Shown: piece by piece, positions 36,201-50,324 of the stretch
How positions within the stretch are numbered: position 1 is the stretch's first letter
How the letters are laid out: every line of letters starts with the position of its first letter
Assembly (NCBI RefSeq): GCF_018977255.1
Contig: NW_024704742.1
Coordinates: 137,270,001-137,334,000 of the forward strand
Reading direction: 5' to 3'
Length of the DNA stretch: 64,000 bases
Source: Callorhinchus milii
Lineage: Eukaryota
The notes under the pieces: model-generated
Database searches by the model: none
What the model saw: the letters and a program-made list of their open reading frames with translations, nothing else
What the model was told of the DNA's origin: nothing
Position numbers and translations under genes: made by a program

Positions 36201-39200
36201 TTTATTATTTATCCTGTGGCACTATTGGAAAAGAGTAAGGAGTTTCTCTCTCCCAGTGTCCTGGCCAACAATCCGACAGATGAAATTGATCATACGCTTC
36301 ATCGCTAATTGCCTACGGATAAACACACAGTCATTATCCTGTGAAACGCTTTGAGGCATCCTCCTGACATGAAAGGCACTGTATGAAATGTAAGACTTCT
36401 GTATAGGCACATATGGCATCTCGGCTTAATATTCTAAACTGACAGGTCAGGTTTCAACCTTCCCTTCATCCCTCCTTGTTCCACCTCTGCTGACTTCTCT
36501 CTCCTCTCTCACTACAGAAGGCTATATTTTTGTAATTTGTGGGCAAATGTAGTTGTTTCGATGATAAATGTTTGCTAATATTCTTTATTTATTTAGTATT
36601 CGTGCACGGTGCTATCACCATTGTGATGTGGGGAATGATGAGTGTGGGAACAGATCACTGGACCTGAGATCAGGAGAGCAAAGTGCTGGGAGCCAGTGAA
36701 CAACACAGGTCGCAATAATTTACAAGCTGATTTCTATAACAGCTTAACCCAGATAGAGACGCACAACGCAACGCAACACAACACACAGCCAGTCTGAGCA
36801 TACAGCATCTGCCCTACAATCACAGCTCACTCACACAGGGTCTCACAGCTTCACAACAGCTCACTCTTACACTGCGTCTCTCGCGGTGAGGGTCTCACAG
36901 CTCCAAAATAATGATGGGAGTCACTGAATGGAGGTGGTTGGTGGTGGGTGGGTGGGGGGGGGATTAAGCAAGTACATTCACAGAATGCGCTTAATAGGGG
37001 CTTAAAGCCAGGGAAAGGAGAGGTGAGGGATTTTGGGAGCAAATTCCTGCACACCAATGATTTATTACAGGGTATAACAGTGGTGGGTGGGAAGGGGCTG
37101 ATTTTTTTTTGGGGGGGAAGGCTAATGTGATGGTTTGGGGTGGCTGGGGCTGGTATAAAAGTGGTGGTTCGTGGAGGGCGAGGTGGGGCTGGTATAACAG
37201 GGCTGGTGTAAATGCACTGATACTAGTGAAAAGTCCCATTTCATCTGCTCCCTTATAATAATAATAATAATCCTTGCATTTGATATAGCGCTTTTCACGT
37301 CGGGAGGACGTCCCTTCTAAACACCACCATCCCCCCCCCCCCCCCCCCACTCATCCTCCCGGCGCAGCGATGCTCTGTTTCTTAATTGAGTCCTAGTGTG
37401 CAAGCCTCAACCACCTTCCTGGTGTACACCTGCCACGTCTTCAGTCCCAAATTCTCCTCTGTGTAAAGGAACGGTTCCTGGTATCTGGGCTGACCCTGTG
37501 GCCTCTTGTTTTGCCGTCTTGCCACGTCTGAGTGCATTATCTGTCTCATTCGCATTAACATCTTACACATCTCGACACGCTCCCCCTCTCAGACTTCACC
37601 TCATGACTGAAGAGGGGCTTAAAGCCAGAGAGAGGAGCCCTGACTTAGTTAATCCTTTAAAGTTCATCCCTTTAACACTGGCGGTGCGTCTCAAGTGACC
37701 GGAGCGGGTACCAGACCAGAACTGGACCAATGTTTATCTGTATTTTGATTGGCTGCTGTTGGGGGGGGGCGAGGTTGTGTGGAGGATGACTGGTTGGTGG
37801 CATTGCTTGGCGTTGATTGGTTGGTGGCATTGCTTGGCGTTGATTGGTTGGTGGCATTGCTTGGCGTTGATTGGCTGTTGTCAGTGTGGTTGGGGGTTGG
37901 GTTTGAGTGTATTGATTGGTCGCTGGTTTGTGACTGTGTGTTGATTGGTGTGTTGGGGTAGAGCAGGTCAGTGATTGGTTGGCTTTCCATCACACAGAGG
38001 ACACAGTTCAAGATCCTGGTCCTCATCTCCAAAGCCCTTCATTGATCCCCCACTATCTCTGCGACCCCCTAACCCCCTGCCAATGTTCCCTCTCCCTCCA
38101 CTCCATGGGCACCAGCCTGCTTCACGTCCCCTGCCTCACCCGGCCCACCATTGGTTGGCAGGCCTTCAGGCTCTCTACCCCCACCCTCTGAAACTTCATC
38201 CCAGAATCCCTCCGTCTCTCCCCCTGCCTTGCCTCCTTCAAGACCTTCTCAAGACCCTCCTCTTCGATCATGCCTTCGATCACCCTCCCACCCCTACCCT
38301 CCCCACCCTCCACCACTCCTGATCCCAACCACCAGTTCGGGTAAGGATCCCTGACTGTCCAGCGCCTTGGGACGTCCTCCTGACCTGAAAATCGCTGTGT
38401 AAATACAATTTGTTGTTGTTGTAGGTGGGGGTTGATTGGTTGGCAGTTGTGGCTTGGGAGTATATGCTTGGCGGATTCGAAATAACTTGTGATGGATTGG
38501 GTTTGTGGTCGGTTAACTTGTGAATAAAAATAATCCTTGCATTTGATACATTGCCTTATCACGTCTTCGAGACGTCTCAAAGCGCTTCCCAGAATATACT
38601 GTAAAGCGATTTGACTGTATCTTTTGTGGGCGAATGTTGTGTCGTTCGATCATCCACATATATTCTGCGAAGCGCTTTGAGACGTCTCAAAGATGTGATA
38701 AGCCGCTATATCCTTATAATAAAACTACGATGTCATTACACTTTACTGCAAGACTGTGTGAAAAGCTTTGAGACATTTGGATGTGATAATGTGACGCGTC
38801 AAATGTGAGGATTCTTATAATAATCTTATTCTGTTTGCAGAGTACGAATAAGATTCATTATATTAAGTACAACAACAATTAACAAATTACACATCCCCAT
38901 TGACATAGGTGAATGACTCAAAACTTTTAAGGAGTTAAATGGGAAAAGATAAAGAAGACCCTTTGGCCCATTTGATCTCATTCCCTCCAGAATATCTCAC
39001 CCAACCATCCCCCCCACATCACAACATCAAGGTGTTTTTTAAATGAGTCCTGGTGTCCTGATCTCAACCGCCATTCCTGGTAATCTACCCTTTGGTAAAG
39101 AAAAACGTAGAATTGTACAGCACGGAAGGAGGTCATTCGGCCCATCACGCTCTTTGAAAGAGCTATCCAAATGAATCCCACTCCCCTGCTCTCTCCCCAT

Positions 39201-40494
39201 AGCCCTGCAAATTTGTCCTCCCCGAATATCTATCCACTTCTCTGTTGAAAGTTGTTCTCGACTCTGCTTCCATCACCCTTTTCTCCTCATCTCCCTTCTG
39301 TTTGTTTGAGAACTTTGTGGTGTCTGTCCTGAAATTGCCCTTTGCAATTCTAAACCTATGTTCTCTTGTTCTGTCTCAGTGCATCTCAATGTATTGTTCT
39401 GAGTTTCATTTTTCAATCATATTTCTTGAAAAATTCTATCTAAGATTCTCGCTGAGATAATGATAGTAATTAAAAGAAAAGAATAAAAACAGTTACTCAA
39501 TCCACGACTGTTTGTTGGACACTGCTGCTACGATTGGCTGCTGTGTTTCACCCACAAATATATAGTTAATTCACTTTACGGTATATTCTGTGAAGCGCTT
39601 TGAGACGTCTCGAAGACGTGTTAAGGCCCTATAAATGCAAGGATTATTGCATGATCACAGAGGGAAGAGAGGGAGAGGGAGAGAGAGAGAGAGCGAGAGA
39701 GGGAATTGGGGAGAGCTCTACAGAACAGTGAAGTGGTTGGAGGCTTGGACACTGGTGGTGGGGATGGAGGAGGCGGTGGGTCAACAACAACAATTTGGAC
39801 TTAAAGAGCAGCCCTCAGGCACATAGAGTCTCAGAGAGCTTGACAGTGGTGGAGCACGATGCCAAGCTGGGGGGAAGGGGTGGGGAGGGGGAGGTGTGAC
39901 CATAGGCACAGTCGAAGAGTAAGGTCTTCAGGCATGACCTGAAGATGGGGAAGGGAGGGATGGAGGGAAAGTGTTCCGTAGTTTGAGGGAGTAGTAGCTG
40001 AAAGCGCGGCCACCGAGGGACATGCAGGAGGCCGGAGCCGGTTGAGTGGAGGAGCGGATAGTAGATTGAGGGGTAAGCTGGTCAGGGAGGTGTCAGGGCA
40101 TGAAGGGATTTGAAGACGAGTGTGAGGAGAGAAGACGTGGGGGGGGCGAGGAGTGGCGTGTAGAGAAATCTCCCCCACTCAGGACTCACCTGGGACAAGA
40201 CTGGCCCAAGATTGCCCCAAAGTGTATGTTTGTACATTGAGTTCTATGGAGGTTAAAGAGTAAAGGTTTGCCTCATTCTCTTGCCAGTGAGCTCCACAAT
40301 AGATGGCAGAATGTGGAGAATAATGTGACTGATAACGACACGGATTTCGGAGGTCGGAAGGCTGGCAGGGATGTGCATCGCAGGTACCTTCACAAACGGC
40401 TGAAGAGCGATATTCACTGCAGCTTTGTTTTAACTATCATAATCCTTACATTATCCTCCCTGTGGCTGGAGGTAAGCGGGTTTATCAATATTTT

Positions 40495-41327
40495 AAGAGA
40501 AAGAGAGTGGTAAAGGGGAATGTGGACCCATTTAAAGACAGGTGTAGGTGAGACTATAATGAACAATAAGGAAATGGCAGGCTTGTTGAATGAACACTTT
40601 GCTTCCGTTTTCACATTAGAGGAAGAGATCAGAATAATAGCGGTACAAGGGAATCCAAAAATAAGCCAAAGTGAATTTAATATATATAAATACATGGTAA
40701 TGGAGAAGATAATGGGACTAAAGATAGACTAATCTCCAGGACCTGATGGATTCCACCTCTGGGTATTAAAAGAAGTAGGGGAAGAAATTGCAGATGTGTT
40801 AGTTATAATTTTCCAAAGCTCTCTATAATTCAGGAATTGTGCCCTTGGATTGGAGAATTGCAAATGTCACTCCACTATTTATGAAGGGAGGGAGAGACAA
40901 GCCAGGTAACTACACACCTGTCACCTTAACTTCAGATGTGGGGAAGTTACTGAAATTTCTCATCAGGGACAGAGTGGCTGAGCATGTGGACAAGTATGAG
41001 CTAATCAAAGAGAGTCAGCGTGGATTAGCGAAAGGTAGGTCATGTCTGACGAATATAATTGAATTTTTTGTGGAGGTCATGAACATGGTGGATAAGAGAG
41101 TGTCTATGGATGTTGTCTATATGGACTTCCAGAGGCATTCGATAAGGTTCCACACCAGAGGTTATTAGCAAAAATAAAAGCGCATGGAATTGGTTTGACA
41201 TGGCTCGGCAATTGGCAGGAAAGAGTGTAGGGTTAGGGGGAATGCTCTCTGATTGGTGAGACGTGACAAGTGGTGTTCCCCAGGGGTCTGTACTGGGGCC
41301 TCAGCTTTTCACCACATATATACACAT

Positions 41328-41360
<33 letters not shown>

Positions 41361-41765
41361 AATGACTTGGATGAAGGAATAAAGAGTTTGATATCTGAAT
41401 TTGCAGATGACCCAAAGTTAGAAAGCACAGTAACTTGGACAGATTAAGTGAGTGGGCAAAACTGTGGCAGATGGAATTCAATGTGGGGAAGTGTGAGATC
41501 ATCCACTCTATATCCAAAAATAGCAAAACAGAATATTTTCTAAATGTTGAGAAACTGAGAACTGTGGAGGAGCAACGGGATTTGGGTGTCCACGTACACA
41601 AATCACTAAAAACAAGCTCACGGGTACAAAAAGTTATCAAGAAGGCTAATGGGATGTTGGTCTTTATCTCAAGGGGCCAGGAATATAAAGGAAGGAAATG
41701 ATGCTTCAGCTGTATAGAGCTTTGGTCAAACCCCACCTGGAGACTGTGTTCAGTTTTGGGCACTT
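40495..41765 (+). mobile_element. Decayed CR1 LINE ORF2 (reverse transcriptase) fragment
   Basis: DWRIANVTPLF.KG..PGNY.PV.LTS, SGVPQGSVLGP, FADD and W...WQMEFNVGKC motifs with stops and frameshifts. Confidence 0.9.
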
Positions 41766-44700
41766 ACCACCTCGCCAAGACATCTCAAAGTGCTTCACAG
41801 GATTTTACTGTAAAGTGCAGTGACTGTGTTGTCTTGTTGGCGACCTTGGACCTTGCACAGTGATGACCCACAAACAGCTGTTAAGTGAGCGAGCGATTTT
41901 ATGTGGGGGATTGTTGGCAGAACATCAGGAGAGATCCCTTTGCTTTTGGAATAGTGCCATGAGATCTTTGACATCCACCTGAACAGGGCACAGACGGGGC
42001 CTCGGGTTACCATCTCCTCTGCAGGACCACACCTCCAACAATACGGCACTCTCCCCCAGAACAGCCTTGGGAACATCAGTCTTGACTGTGAGTTCAAAGT
42101 CCCTGGCATGGGGCTTGAACCCACAACCTTCTGACTCGGAGGCGAGAGTGTGGCTGACAATGTCAGTCCTCCTGCAGTGATGAGAGTCAATCCCATTTTT
42201 TTTCTTGCCCAGTCGGGGTGTCTGACACATGGGGAAACCCATCACCGTTGCTTAAGAGTCTCCGAACCAAGCTGAGAATTCCCTGCCTCCCTACACATGG
42301 AAATCCAAGAGATAGGTTGTTGGAATGGAATGCGCTCTCTCACTCTTTCCCTGGAGGGAGGCATCCTTGTAGAGCCTCTGTGTGGCACAAAGCCATGGCT
42401 GCTTTAAGGCAGAGACAAGGCCCAGTCTATAGATAGTACCCTGTTGCTGGCCCCTAACCATTGGTGAATGCCAGACAATAATCCCTCTGCTGCTCACCCA
42501 CACAGTGGGACTGAGGCCCGGGAATACACTGCTTTGTGTCAACGTCTAAAATCTCATGGCTCTCACCTCCTCCACCTACCCGACCTCCCCCTAAAACTCT
42601 CTGAACCCGTACGCAACCGAGGCGTCAGGTTCGACCTCCAATTATCCTTCCTCCCCCACATCCGGTCCCTCACCAGCACCGCCTTCTTCCACCTCCGACA
42701 TATCGCTCGTCTCCACCAATATCTCTCTCCGAAAGCCGCTGAAGCCCTGGTCCATGTCTTTGTCACCTCTCGGCTGGACTACTCTAACGCCCTCCTCGCC
42801 GGCTTCCCATCCACTACCATCCATAAAATCCAGATAATGCAAAACTCTGCCGCCCGCATTCTCACCCGCACCAAACTCCCCAATCACCCCAGTCCTGGCC
42901 AGACTGCACTGGCTGTCTTTTCCAGAGAGGATCGATTTTAAGACCCTCACCCTTGTCTTCAAATCCCTCCACTCCTGCACCCCCCGACCTCTCTGACCTC
43001 CTCTCTCTTCAAAACAGTGGCTGTTGCCTTCGTTCATCCTCGTCCCCCAAGTCCTCCGCTCCACCCTCGGCAGCTGTGCCTTCAGCCACTAAGCCCCGAG
43101 GCTCTGGAACTCCCTTCCTCACTCCCTTTGCCTCGTCCCTTCTCTTCTTATCTTCAGGTCTCTGCTGAATACCTTTCTTTCCGACCGGGCCTTTGGTCGC
43201 CTTCCTCCCCTTTCCCGCTGGCTCGGCCCGGGGGTCCGTTACTGTGAAGCGCTCTGAGACGCTGTCCAGCGTGGAGGGAACTATATAAATCCAAGTTGTT
43301 GTTGTCGTTGACCCACACGGAAACCCAGCGCCGTGCTTAAGAGTCTTCAAACCTAAGCTACAGTACTATGAGTTCCACACATGTATCCGACATACATGTG
43401 AACACTTCCTTGTGCCTGGAATGGAATCCGCACACGCGCTCTCTCCCCCCAGAGGCTTTGATAATTAGCATCATTTTATAATAATAATAATCCTCGCATT
43501 TGATATAACACCTTATCACATTCTTGAGGCAACTCAAAGCTCTTCACAGGATATGCTGTATATGTTGTGGGAGAAACGAGGCAGACAATTTACGCACAGC
43601 AGTTACCCACAAACAGCCATGGAGCAAGTGACAATTTTATTAGCGGATTGCTGGCCAGGACACCGGGGTAGGGTGGGGTGGGGGTGGGGGGAGAGAGAAA
43701 CTCCTTCTCTTTTTGAGTAGTACCATGGGATCTTTCACGAACACCTGAACACGCAGGTGGGAGCTTGGTTTAAAGGCTCAACTGAAGGACAACACCTCCG
43801 ACAAGGCAACACATCCCCAGCGCTGCATTATTGGGGGGTCAGCGTAGACTGTGTCATTCCAAGTACGGATGGAGGGCTTGAACCCATAACCTTCTGACTC
43901 GGAGGCGAGGCTGTTACCACTGAGCCAGGCTGACAAATAACCAGCTAAAACCATGACATTGAACGCCCTGCCTGGCAAGCTTCCCAGCCAGGCTCACCAT
44001 ATCCGTCAGAGCTTTGCTAACAGGGACAACAGGAGCCGAGTGGGAAAACTCCCTCCCCCCCTCTCCCCTTCCCCCCCCCATCCCCTCTGCCAGTGATCGA
44101 CTGGTCTGTCCCTCCCAAGTCCAGCTGGGGGGGGGGGGGGGGGGCTGGGCTGGTTTGTCCTCAGCAGCCATGGAAGAGAAGAGCAAAGCCAAGTATCAAG
44201 TGGTGTGTGGCTATAGTTAGAGTGTGATTCAGTTTGACACATTAACACGTGCACTTCAGTCCGTGTTTACTCCTCCCTCGTCCCCTCCGCTCCACCATCG
44301 GTGGCCGGGCTTCCAGCCTCTACACCCCAGAGCTTTGCACCTCTCTCTCTCCCTCAATGCCTGTGCCTCTGCCTTGCCCCTCTGTGCCCTCTTTTAGTTC
44401 ACAACTGACCTTCCTCTTCGACTGCGCTTCTGGTCACCTCCCGCCTGGCTTGATGTCAGGCTCCGCCAACCATTAAACGCCCCGATGGTGAAAGGCGCTG
44501 TGTAGGTGCAAGTTGTTGTTGTCACTATGAACGTTCAAAGACCGAAATTCCTTCCAACCTCAGGCTGTGAGACGTTTCCTCTAAAAATCCTAAATTATTA
44601 ATCCTTACATTTGGTCTGGTACCTTTCAAGGGCGGGGGAAATGTTTCAAAGAACTTCATACGATTTGTAAAGTGGAGTGACTGCTTGTTACAACAATAAT

Positions 44701-45775
44701 AACAATAATAATCCTTGCATTTGATATAGCGCTTTTCACGTCGGGAGGACGTCCCAAAGCGCTTCACAGAATATACTGTAAAGTGAATTGACTGTGTATT
44801 TTGTGGGCGAACGCGGCAGCCAATTGCGCACAGCAGCGTCCCACAAACAGTCATGGATTGAGTGACCAAATTATTATTAATTTTAATTTTTTGGGGGAGA
44901 GATTAATACCCCCAGAAAGCAATCTGCCAATCGACTAACAATCGGGTTCCTACTCACTGCTGGTAAACAGAGGCGAGTGGAGTAAGGAAACTTGCCTAAG
45001 GTTTCTCCCTGCCTGGGAATCGAACCCAGGTCCTCTCACTTGTGAGGCGAGTGCTCTCGCCATTACGCCATGGGATATAGGTGTGTAGTTGATGTGTTGG
45101 AGGCTGGAGTCCAACCTGGGATATGGGTGAATCTCTACACCCCAGAGCTTTGCACCTCTCTCCCTCAAAGTCGGAGTCCGTTGTCCTTTGGGATCAGGGA
45201 GAGTGTTTGTAGATGAAGAATCTAAAAGATGTGGGAGAATGGGATTAGAGTAGTGAGCCTCTCAACTGGGGGAGCGAGCACCAGCGCGGGTCCTGATGGG
45301 AAAAGAACAGGGCAATTGGGATTTGAATAACAATTTATGTTTGACCCAACGCCTTTCACACTGGGAGGCTTTCAGCCACTCTCTCCCTCAATCCCTCCGC
45401 CTCGCCCCCTTCCTCCTTCCAGATCACGCCCGAAGACCTTCCTCTTCCACCGTCCTTACAGTCAACTCCCTCCCTCCCTCCCTCCTCGCCGGCTCCAGCC
45501 AGTGTTAAGCGCTCTGAGACTCTACCCAGTATAAAGGACGCTGTGTGAACTGGGCAAGTCGTATTTCCGTTGGGAAATATTTTTCTGGGGATACGGTGTG
45601 TAGTTTGGGGCACGACATGTCAAGCCACCGCCAGGATAGTGGACGGCAAAGTGGATGGACCTTTGCGCCAGCAAATTCTTCTGTTGTTGTTGTTCTTGGT
45701 GTTGTTGTTGTTGTTGTTGACGTGGTGACTCTCTCACTCTCTGACTCTGGAATCTGCTCTCTTCGTTTGCTGGAG

Positions 45776-45868
45776 GTACTTTGAGCTGACCGAGGGGTCG
45801 TATGATTACAACTCGTCCACCTGCCGTGAACTCCGCAATGACATCACCGAGGTCAAAGTGCTCTCCAT
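45776..45868 (+). CDS. ST8SIA5: ST8SIA5 exon 2
   Basis: ggag|YFELTEGSYDYNSSTCRELRNDITEVKVLS|gtaagt. Confidence 0.9.
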
Positions 45869-45898
45869 GTAAGTGAAAGACGCTGTACAAATGCCATT

Positions 45899-45938
<40 letters not shown>

Positions 45939-46356
45939 AAGGCCGGCCTGGCTGGCACAGGGCACAGGGCATTCTCTGCCCTTTCTAGCCCGTTTCTAGT
46001 GTTAATTAGCCCAACTCCACAAGTCAACACAAGCGTTCATAAATAATTGTAATAATAATTATCTTGGCTTTTGATACAGCGCCTCTTCACGTCGTTGAAA
46101 CGTCGTAAAGAGCTTCACGGAACACACTGTGAAGCGTAGTGACTGTGTATATTTGTGGGCAGAGCGCGGCAGCCAATTGCGCACAGCAGCGTCCTACAAA
46201 ACAGTCGTGGATTGAAGTCACCAAATATTTTTTAAGAAACATTTGGAGGAGGGATTATTACCCCAAATAAAATAGACGGATACTCTCTCATGTTTTCTCG
46301 TTCTCTCTCTCACATGTTGCCCCCTCTTTCTCACATTCTCACTCTCTGTTTCTCTC

Positions 46357-46388
<32 letters not shown>

Positions 46389-46576
46389 ACTCAATCTCTA
46401 TCTCTCATGTGCCCCTCTATCCCACTTTCTGACATTTCTCCCCCTCTCTCACGAACTCTCTCTCTTTCTCTCACACTCTCTCTCTCCCTCTTTCACACTC
46501 TCTCTTTCATCCTCTCCTTCCCTCTCTCTCACACACTCCCTCTTTCTCTCCCTCGTTCACTTTCCCTCTCTCTCAG

Positions 46577-46663
46577 GGTGAAGCAGTCGGAGCTGTTTGA
46601 ACGATGGCGAACACTGCAGCTGTGCAAGTGGGAACTCAACAAAACCGAAGCCAATACCTTCAG
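46577..46663 (+). CDS. ST8SIA5: ST8SIA5 exon 3
   Basis: tcag|VKQSELFERWRTLQLCKWELNKTEANTF|gtcagc. Confidence 0.93.
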
Positions 46664-47823
46664 GTCAGCAGAGAGAGAGAGAGAGAGAGAGAGCGCACAG
46701 GGGAGTGTATGTAAGAGTGTGTATGTGTGTGTGTGTGTGTCTGAGAGTATGTGTGTGTGTATGAGTGTGTGTGTGTGTGTGAGTGGCGGTGTATGAGAGT
46801 GTGTGTGAGAATATGAATGTATGTGTGTGAGAGTGTATTGAGTGTGTGAGAGAGTGTGTGTGTGAGGGGTGTGTGTGTGAGAGGGGTGAGAGGGTGTGTG
46901 TGTATGAGTGTGTGTGTGACAGGGTGTGTGTGAGAGTGTGAGTGTGTGTGTATGTGTGTGTGAGAGTGTGTGAGAGGGTGTATGTATGTGTATGTGTGTG
47001 AGAGTGTGTGTGGGTACGGGTGTGTGAGAGTATGTGTGGATATATGTGTGTGTGTGAAAGTGTGTGTGTGTAAAAGTGTATGAGTGTGTGTGAGAGTGTA
47101 TGAGTGTGTGTGTGAGAGTGTATGAGTGTGTGTGTGAGAGTGTATGAGAGTGTGTGTGTGGGGGTTTATATAAGTAAACCTTTGAAGGTGGCCGGACAAG
47201 TAGATAAAGCTCTCCCTCTTACGCTGTCACTCACTCCCCCTCTCCCGATTTCTCTTTTTCGCAGCTGTAACCCTCTCTCTCTCTCTCTCTCTCACTCCCT
47301 CTCTCCAAGTCTCTTCTCTCGCAGCTGTAACACACACACTCACTCTCTCTCTCTCTCACTCACTCACACGTTCCCTCTCTCGCTGCTGTAACACACTCTC
47401 TCACTCACTCACTCACTCACTCACTCATTCTCTCTCTCTCTCACTCACTCACACATTCTCTCTCTCTCTCACGGACTCACTCACACGTTCCCTCTCTCGC
47501 TGCTGTAACACACTCTCTCACTCACTCACTCACTCACTCACTCATTCTCTCTCTCTCTCACTCACTCACACATTCTCTCTCTCACGGACTCACTCACACG
47601 TTCCCTCTCTCGCTGCTGTAACTCTCTCTCACTCACTCACATATTCTCTCTCTCTCTCCCGGACTCACTCACACGTTCCCTCTCTCGCTGCTGTAACACA
47701 CACTCTCTCTCACTCACTCACACATTCTCTCTCTCGCGCACTCACTCACACGTTCCGTCTCTCGCTGCTGTAACAAACGCTCCCTCTCTCTCTCTCTCTT
47801 TCTGTCCCGCTCCCCCTCTCCAG

Positions 47824-47968
47824 GTCTCTCCTCACTCGCTGCTGTAATGCTCCCGCCTTCCTGTTCACCACACAGAAGAACACTCCTCAGGGGATGAAAC
47901 TCAAATACGAGGTGGACAGCAGTGGTTTCCTGCCCATCGACACCGAGATCTTCAAACTCTTCCCCAAG
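47824..47968 (+). CDS. ST8SIA5: ST8SIA5 exon 4
   Basis: ccag|SLLTRCCNAPAFLFTTQKNTPQGMKLKYEVDSSGFLPIDTEIFKLFPK|gtccgt. Confidence 0.94.
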
Positions 47969-48442
47969 GTCCGTGTGACGTGTTCACCCATCCGCGTGTG
48001 CACACGCGTGCAGACCCTCGCAGACACGTGATATAATGTGAGACCATGACACTGACATTGACTGTTGCAGAAATTGACTGCTGTTATCGCCTATAACCTA
48101 CACAGTCACTACACGTGACAGCGACGCCCAAGTCCTGACATTTACAACGCCGCACCAGACACGTGTCAGCCTGGCTCAGTGGTGCCGCTCTCGCCTCCGA
48201 GTCAGAAGGTTGCGGGTTCAAGCCCCACATCGGGACTTGGAATCGCACCATCGAAGCTGACTGTCCAACCCCCCCCCCCCAAACCACACAGTCACTCCAC
48301 TTTACAGTAACTCCTGTGAAGCGCCCGCAGACGTGATAAGGCACGGTTTCAAAAGCAAAGATTATTATTATTATTATTATTATATAAAGACGTTGCTTGT
48401 TGTAACGATGGTTTCTGTTGGCGTCTCTTCCCCCCCCCCCAG

Positions 48443-48555
48443 GAAATGCCCTATTCCCGCTCCCAGTTCAAGAAATGTGCCGTGGTCGGGAACGGAGGGA
48501 TCCTGAAGAAAAGCGAGTGTGGGAAGGAGATCAACTCGGCCGATTTTGTCTTCAG
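48443..48555 (+). CDS. ST8SIA5: ST8SIA5 exon 5 (sialylmotif L, first part)
   Basis: ccag|EMPYSRSQFKKCAVVGNGGILKKSECGKEINSADFVF|gtgacc. Confidence 0.95.
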
Positions 48556-50217
48556 GTGACCATTCAACAACAACGATTACACCCGTATAGCGCCTTTCAC
48601 TCGGGAGCACGTCACAAGGACAAGGCGCTGGACCGTCAGGAATCCGCACCCAGATCGGTAGCTGCGGAGGGTGAGGGGTGGTGGGGGGATAGAGGGTGAC
48701 TGAAGGTTCGGTCGAAGAGGAGGGGTCGTGACGGAGGCAAGGGAGGGGCTGAGGTGAAGAGACTGTGGGATGAAGGTCCAGAGATTGGGGGCAGAGAGGC
48801 TGAAGGTCTGATGGTGGGGCGGGAGGGGGATGTGGAGCAGGCTGGAGCCCGCTGAGCGGAGGGAGCGGACATGTGGGTAATTGGCTCCCTAACTAATGGG
48901 GCTTTGGCTTACAGGGTAACAGGATCTAAGTGGGAAGAGGACCCAGCCCCCAGATTGTCCCCGTTTATCTGATGGGGGGTGGAATCACTGTCTGGCAACT
49001 TACGAAACCACACATTTTTCACCCTTTAATTTTTCCCATCGCCATTGAGCTGAGTGAATGATGAGATCATCTAAACAGGAGCTACACCACTCAATCAATT
49101 GAGTTTAGATCCCAACACGTCAGGCTGTGCAGTGCTCTGGTCAGACCACACCTACAGTACTTATGTGGAGTCCTGTAGCGTATAGTAATAATAATAATAA
49201 AATACTTGCAGTTGATACAGCGCTTTATCACATCCTTGAGACGTCTCAAAGCGCTTCACAGAATATACTGCAAAGTCAACTGACTGTGTGTTTTGTGAGT
49301 GTAGGGGTAAGAGCCCTCGGCTCTCAAGCGAGAGGATATGGGTTCGATTCCTGGGCAGCGCAAAACCTTAGGCAAGTTTCCTTACTCTGCACACCTGTGT
49401 TTCCCCAGCAGCAAGTAGGAACCCGGTTGTTAGTCAATTGATAGATCGCTTTCCGGGGATAAAACATAATTTGGTGACTGAATCCAAGACTGCTGTCCGC
49501 GTTTCACCCACAAAGCATACAGTCAATTTGCTTTACAGGACTATATCAAATGCACAGATTATTATTACTGCAAACAGTTCTGGTCACCCCGACATGAAGG
49601 CCACAGAGACTGTGTAGAGGAGAGCAATGAGGCTGATCCCCAGTGTTGGAGGAATGAGCTGTGAGCAACGGTTAGACAAGCTCAGGCTCCAGTCTTGGGA
49701 GAAGGCGACTCAGAGGAGACCTTATAGAGATGTTAACATATTAAATGGGATTGGTAAATAAACCCAGATCAATACTGGCGGATGCACTGAGAGGATAGTA
49801 CAAGAGGCCGCAGGTTTAGAGTTGATTTCAGGACAGACACCAGGAAGTGTTTCTTTACCCAGAGGGTCATTAACAACTGGATCAGGTGGCCAGGAAGGGT
49901 GGCTGAGGCCGGGACATTGGGACTCATTTAAAAACCAGCTTGATGGATGCTGTGATGGAGGGAGTGGGGGAGGGGGTTGTGGAGGGCTGACATTGGATGG
50001 TCCAAAGGGTCTTCTTCAACCAGAACAATCTGTGACTTCATGAAAGCAGTGCTCAGATCATAGATCCAGTGACTGACTGGTTGGTACAGACAGACCCCCC
50101 CCAGACCTCCCCCCAGTGAATTACTGGAATCTAATCCAGAGTTTGTGGGGAGTGGGGCCATACACAGAATAACACTACAGGCTGGAATCTAACCTTTGCT
50201 GGTGTCTCCTGCTTCAG

Positions 50218-50310
50218 GTGTAACTTGCCCCCCATCTCTACGAAATATACAGATGACGTCGGTGTGAAGACGGATATCGTGACGATTAACCCAAGTATCA
50301 TAAGCGAGAG
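50218..50310 (+). CDS. ST8SIA5: ST8SIA5 exon 6 (sialylmotif L, second part)
   Basis: tcag|[30 protein letters not shown]|gtgagt. Confidence 0.95.
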
Positions 50311-50324
50311 GTGAGTTGATGTCA

